From Trichodesmium erythraeum IMS101 (GTDB taxonomy: Bacteria; Cyanobacteriota; Cyanobacteriia; Cyanobacteriales; Microcoleaceae): 32,000 bases of DNA. Below are positions 27,953 to 32,000 of the stretch, one piece after another. The position numbers and the translations under genes were made by a program. The stretch spans positions 4,140,001 through 4,172,000 of the forward strand of contig NC_008312.1 of the NCBI RefSeq assembly GCF_000014265.1, read 5' to 3'. Below the pieces are notes generated by a model that saw only the letters and a list, made by a program, of their open reading frames with translations, did no database searches and was not told where the DNA came from. Positions within the stretch are counted from its first letter, which is position 1. Each line of letters opens with the position of its first letter.

Positions 27953-28929
27953 ATAATATTAATAGTTCAAATCAACTATATTAGACGAGTCAACTAAGTA
28001 TTTTCACTGAAAACCAAAGTTCATAAGCCTCGTCATCAAAGGAAGGCTTTATCAAATCTATTTGATAGTTCCTCCCTTAACCATTATTACAGTTTCTTGG
28101 TTTAATCATTATGGGGATAAATAATTTCCACTCGGCCATTAAAAGCGCCCAAAATTACTTAATCTACTACCTACTTCAGCAAGAGTCTTCAACTTGAAAA
28201 AAGACACCAAATAGGTTCTATAATTCTATATTTAAGTTGGTTATGGAAGATTAGCCCTCACTCCTGTGGTAAATCAATTATCAGTAAAAGCTAATATCAA
28301 AAGAGCTTTTGATCGGTTTCGGGACTTAAACAGAGGCATTAGTATTTTGATCATGAATTGTGAATGACAAGTTTTTCAAAGCAATGAGGAGATAACTCCC
28401 TAGCAGGTTAAATTTTGTTATACATTGTTAAACATTTGGAGCGTACCCATAGTATCGGATCAAGATTTTGCCATTGATAAATAGGTAGCCATGAAAAAAC
28501 TTAGCTATATTAAGACTTATGTACTAACCCCAAGCTCCTCCAAAAAGTTGACTTGAGATGAATTTATATTTTTTTAGATAGCGAAAAACTTTAACACCGA
28601 CCTACTTATATGGCTGTATATTCGTCCCTTTGTTTATAACTATCCACTTACAGAGAGAAAATACTGGGTTCACTTCCAAAAATGCCGGGTATATCGCTGC
28701 TATACCTCGTTTGAGTACATAATTTATTTCACGAGAAAAAAAAATTCCTAATTATGTGAGTCAGTATCAAGCTCTGACTAAGGCCAACAAAGAGAACTAA
28801 TATCTGAAAATTCTCCTATCTTAAGTGTTTTTAGCAAACACATATATCACTTGACACCCTATTTGTTTATATGTAGTTCACAGGATGTGAGTTTCCTCAT
28901 TTCAAGAAGCTGATGCAGCCAATAGATAA

Positions 28930-29455
28930 CTACAGAATAAATTAAGAAAGATTCAAGAGGCTAGCTGAAAGTGAAAAAACAAATTGGGTAGCTGTAGGAA
29001 AAGATTTACCTAGCAAGAAAAAATTTATAGTTTTTGACAGCATATCAAAAGTGTAAATAAGTGGGAATAATATTTGCAGAAGATTTAAACCTGAAAGCAT
29101 TAGGGAAGTTTGCTTGAGAAAATATTTGTTTAGACCCTATTCGTGAGTTTATTTTTGACTATTCTGGGTAAACCGATTATACATTTTACCAAACTAGACG
29201 CCAATAGTCAAAGTCAAATATGCCCTAATTGTGGTATTAACCATGGTAAGAAGCAGCTATCTGAGGGAGTTAATTCAAGTTGAGCTGTATCACTGATAGA
29301 GATGTGACTAATAGAAAGAGAATTAAGTACCATCACCGCAGATGGGAAAAAAGCTCACGGAGTGTAAAGAGGTAGTGGCAGGGGTTGATACTCATGCTAG
29401 GCTCTTTGATATAAAGTGAGAATTCCCTACCGTTAATGGTGGGGAGTATGTCAAT
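28930..29455 (+). mobile_element. tnpB: Heavily decayed IS200/IS605-family tnpB 3' portion with a right-end hairpin
   Basis: Multi-frame fragments include IIFAEDLNLKALGK (RuvC-II E context), LDANSQSQICPNCGINHGKKQLSE (zinc-finger motif TSQ.C..CG) and ITDRDVTNRKRI (RuvC-III DRD.N). A subterminal hairpin ccctacc-gttaat-ggtgggg is followed by gagtatgtcaa at 29425..29455. Many stops and frameshifts. Confidence 0.55.
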
Positions 29456-29524
29456 ATTATCCATAGAAAACAACATTTACTCACCCGGGTATCTATTCTA
29501 TATTAATAAGTTAGGAAAAAATAA

Positions 29525-30607
29525 ATGGCTTCAGCTACAGATAACAAAGAAAAACAAAAAGCTTTAGATTCAGTCCTCAAAACCATAGAAAAAACTTTTG
29601 GTAAAGGGTCAATTGTCCGTTTGGGAGATGCTACCCGCATGAAGGTAGAAACAATCTCGAGTGGCGCACTTACCTTAGATTTGGCATTAGGAGGTGGCTT
29701 ACCCAAGGGCAGAGTTATTGAAATTTACGGACCAGAAAGTTCTGGAAAAACGACTCTAGCATTACATGCGATCGCCGAAACTCAGAAAAGTGGTGGTATA
29801 GCAGCTTTTGTAGATGCAGAACACGCTCTAGACCCTACTTATGCTGCTGCATTAGGAGTAGATATTGAAAATTTATTGGTCTCTCAACCTGATACTGGAG
29901 AGATGGCCTTAGAAGTAGTGGATCATCTTGTTCGTTCTGTAGCTGTTGATATTGTGGTTGTTGACTCGGTAGCAGCGTTAGTACCTAGAGCTGAAATTGA
30001 GGGAGATATGGGAGATTCTCACATGGGTCTCCAAGCTCGTTTAATGAGTCAAGCACTACGGAAAATTACAGGAAATATTGGTAAATCAGGTTGTACAGTA
30101 GTTTTCCTCAACCAACTTCGCCAAAAGATAGGTGTTGTTTATGGTAATCCAGAAACTACTACTGGTGGTAATGCTCTTAAATTTTATGCTTCGGTTAGAC
30201 TTGATATTCGTCGCACACAAACTCTCAAGAAATCTTCAGAGGAATATGGTATTCATGCTAAGGTCAAAGTTGCTAAGAATAAGGTCGCTCCTCCATTCCG
30301 CGTAGCTGAATTTGATATTATTTTTGGTAAAGGAATTTCTAATGTCGGCTGTATTATTGACTTAGCCGAAGAGACAGATGTAATTAAACGTAAAGGTGCT
30401 TGGTATAGTTACCAAGGAAGTAATTTTGCTCAAGGTCGAGAAAAAGCTATTGCTTATATGGAATCTAATATTGACTTTGCCAAAAAAATTGAAAAGCAAG
30501 TTCGAGATCATTTAAGTCAAGGTGCTTTGGTTTCTGCTAATTCTGTGGCACGGGTTGATGAGATAGAAGAGGATGAAGATGAGGATGAAGCTCTAGAAGA
30601 AGAGTAA
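29525..30607 (+). CDS. recA: Recombinase A
   Basis: 360-aa ORF with [21 protein letters not shown], Walker [10 protein letters not shown], and [18 protein letters not shown]. Acidic C-terminal tail. Confidence 0.97.
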   Translation: MASATDNKEKQKALDSVLKTIEKTFGKGSIVRLGDATRMKVETISSGALTLDLALGGGLPKGRVIEIYGPESSGKTTLALHAIAETQKSGGIAAFVDAEHALDPTYAAALGVDIENLLVSQPDTGEMALEVVDHLVRSVAVDIVVVDSVAALVPRAEIEGDMGDSHMGLQARLMSQALRKITGNIGKSGCTVVFLNQLRQKIGVVYGNPETTTGGNALKFYASVRLDIRRTQTLKKSSEEYGIHAKVKVAKNKVAPPFRVAEFDIIFGKGISNVGCIIDLAEETDVIKRKGAWYSYQGSNFAQGREKAIAYMESNIDFAKKIEKQVRDHLSQGALVSANSVARVDEIEEDEDEDEALEEE

Positions 30608-30842
30608 ATTTTAGGGCGTTGGTGAATCAAGTCTATGAAAATTAAATTTGGCCAAAGATAAAATTCTTTTGAATTAATAGTTAGGGGATTATTATTAAAC
30701 CATAATCACCCGCCAAAATCACCAACGCCAATTTTATCTGTGCCTAAGTGTTTCATCATTGCCTTAATTGAACTTCTAATTATAAACAATTTTGCATAGG
30801 GTAGAACAATAGGCACAATTAAATAATTTACCTAAATAATGA

Positions 30843-31718
30843 TTATTTTTTTCTCAAAAAATTCAGCAACTCCCTATTTACTGTGTGGGGAACTTCTTGC
30901 TGAATCCAATGACCACAGTCAGGAATAACTTTTAACTGGAAAGGAGCAGCAATTAATTTATCTAAACCTTCTGTAAGTTTTTGGCTTAAAAAATAATCTT
31001 CTTTACCCCATAAAATTAAAGTAGGTGATGTAACTAGTTGTGGCTTATTAAAGTTTTTTAGCCAGTTTTGAGGCCAAAGAAATTGACGATAGTGATTAAT
31101 TGCAGCTACTAAAGCTCCTGGTTTCTCTAAAGCTGCCTGATAAATCTGAGTAATTTCAGCAGTAAAAGCACTTTTACGAATTGCCTGTCCTTGGAAAAGT
31201 CCTTTGATAAATTCTCCTAAGTTTTGCTGAATTACCCATTCAGGAATTCCAGGAACTTGAAAAGCTAATATATACCAACTTCTGCGTAATTGATCTAAAT
31301 TTCCTAGCAGTTCTTGAACGAATTTTTGTGGATGAGCTGCATTTAAAATTGCTAGACGGTTTAAATGTTGAGGAAATTTTTGAGCTAGGTGCCATGCGAT
31401 CGCTCCTCCCCAATCATGGCCAACAATATGCGCCTTAACATAACCGCAACGCTCAATTAGTCCCCGAATATCAGCAGCTAAAGTATCTAAGTCATAACCA
31501 TTATCTGGTTTATCTGAATCATTGTAGCCACGTAAATCTGGAACTACAACCTTAAAATGACGTGCTAATGCAGGCATTTGATAACGCCAAGAATACCAGA
31601 ATTCTGGGAAGCCATGAAGGAGTATAACTAATTCTCCCTCACCTTGAGTCACACAATGCAGGCGAATATCATTAGTGTCTATAAAGAAATGTTTCCATTG
31701 AGATTCTAGAATATTCAT
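30843..31718 (-). CDS. Alpha/beta hydrolase, epoxide-hydrolase/haloalkane-dehalogenase-like
   Basis: 291-aa ORF with HGFPEFWYSWRYQ (HGXP oxyanion motif), an Asp nucleophile in GHDWGG, and a C-terminal His in CGHWIQQE. Confidence 0.85.
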   Translation of the reverse strand: MNILESQWKHFFIDTNDIRLHCVTQGEGELVILLHGFPEFWYSWRYQMPALARHFKVVVPDLRGYNDSDKPDNGYDLDTLAADIRGLIERCGYVKAHIVGHDWGGAIAWHLAQKFPQHLNRLAILNAAHPQKFVQELLGNLDQLRRSWYILAFQVPGIPEWVIQQNLGEFIKGLFQGQAIRKSAFTAEITQIYQAALEKPGALVAAINHYRQFLWPQNWLKNFNKPQLVTSPTLILWGKEDYFLSQKLTEGLDKLIAAPFQLKVIPDCGHWIQQEVPHTVNRELLNFLRKK

Positions 31719-32000
31719 AGTTTGTTATCAACTCTCCTATCTTGCCAAACTTCTTCAAAATCAATTAGTAGTAATTTGTTGTCAGCTAATGCTAAAAATT
31801 TAACTTGTTTTTTTGTACCTATAGATTAACATCTGGCTCACGTAAAATTTGTTCCTTAGTAACGAGCCTAACATTTATTGTCTAAGTTAAGGGAATAGAG
31901 AATCCGAAATATATACCACCATTAAGTAGTCTCTAACTATCCTCAAAAATGCCATAATATTAGTTACTTTTTAATTTTTATTCCAGACAATATTAATATA

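Noticed and set aside
29456-29524. A LexA/SOS box upstream of recA
   Set aside because: I could not find a convincing palindrome of the cyanobacterial RGTAC-N3/4-GTWC type in the ~70 bp before the start codon or in the adjacent relic.
29503-29706. 67-aa minus-strand track ORF
   Set aside because: It is antisense to the 5' end of recA.

Overview
Low-GC, HIP1-rich window (I count 18 GCGATCGC sites by eye), typical of a filamentous cyanobacterium; long decayed intergenic tracts would fit a Trichodesmium-like genome (inference). Housekeeping genes I recognise with confidence are uvrB, the pilD-type prepilin peptidase, accD, the psbV/psbV2 pair and recA. There is also a chromate transporter, a sulfotransferase and an epoxide-hydrolase-like alpha/beta hydrolase. 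An exopolysaccharide export/exosortase locus occupies 16.3-28 kb: a Wzc/GumC-like protein, a Wza-like exporter, an exosortase with its EpsI-like partner, and a DegT-type aminotransferase. This locus is interrupted between the Wzc-like and Wza-like genes by an IS607-type HTH remnant and a two-gene cassette, which is the most interesting content of the window. The cassette is a small trypco2-like protein translationally coupled (ATGACTAA overlap) to a 781-aa protein with a caspase (C14) domain, a transmembrane linker and an FGE-sulfatase/lectin-fold domain. The last ~30 codons of that protein carry the codon signature of a diversity-generating-retroelement variable region, although I find no template repeat or reverse transcriptase here. 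The linker carries a near-perfect in-frame 216-bp tandem duplication that doubles the predicted TM helix. The rest of the window is notable for decay and mosaicism: a second, decayed chrA plus sulfotransferase-fragment copy, scattered fragments of a MazF toxin-antitoxin cassette, a truncated paralog of a small secreted protein, 120-bp near-identical TPR-coding repeats, and a tnpB (IS200/605) remnant just upstream of recA. I recognised no rRNA, tRNA or CRISPR array.
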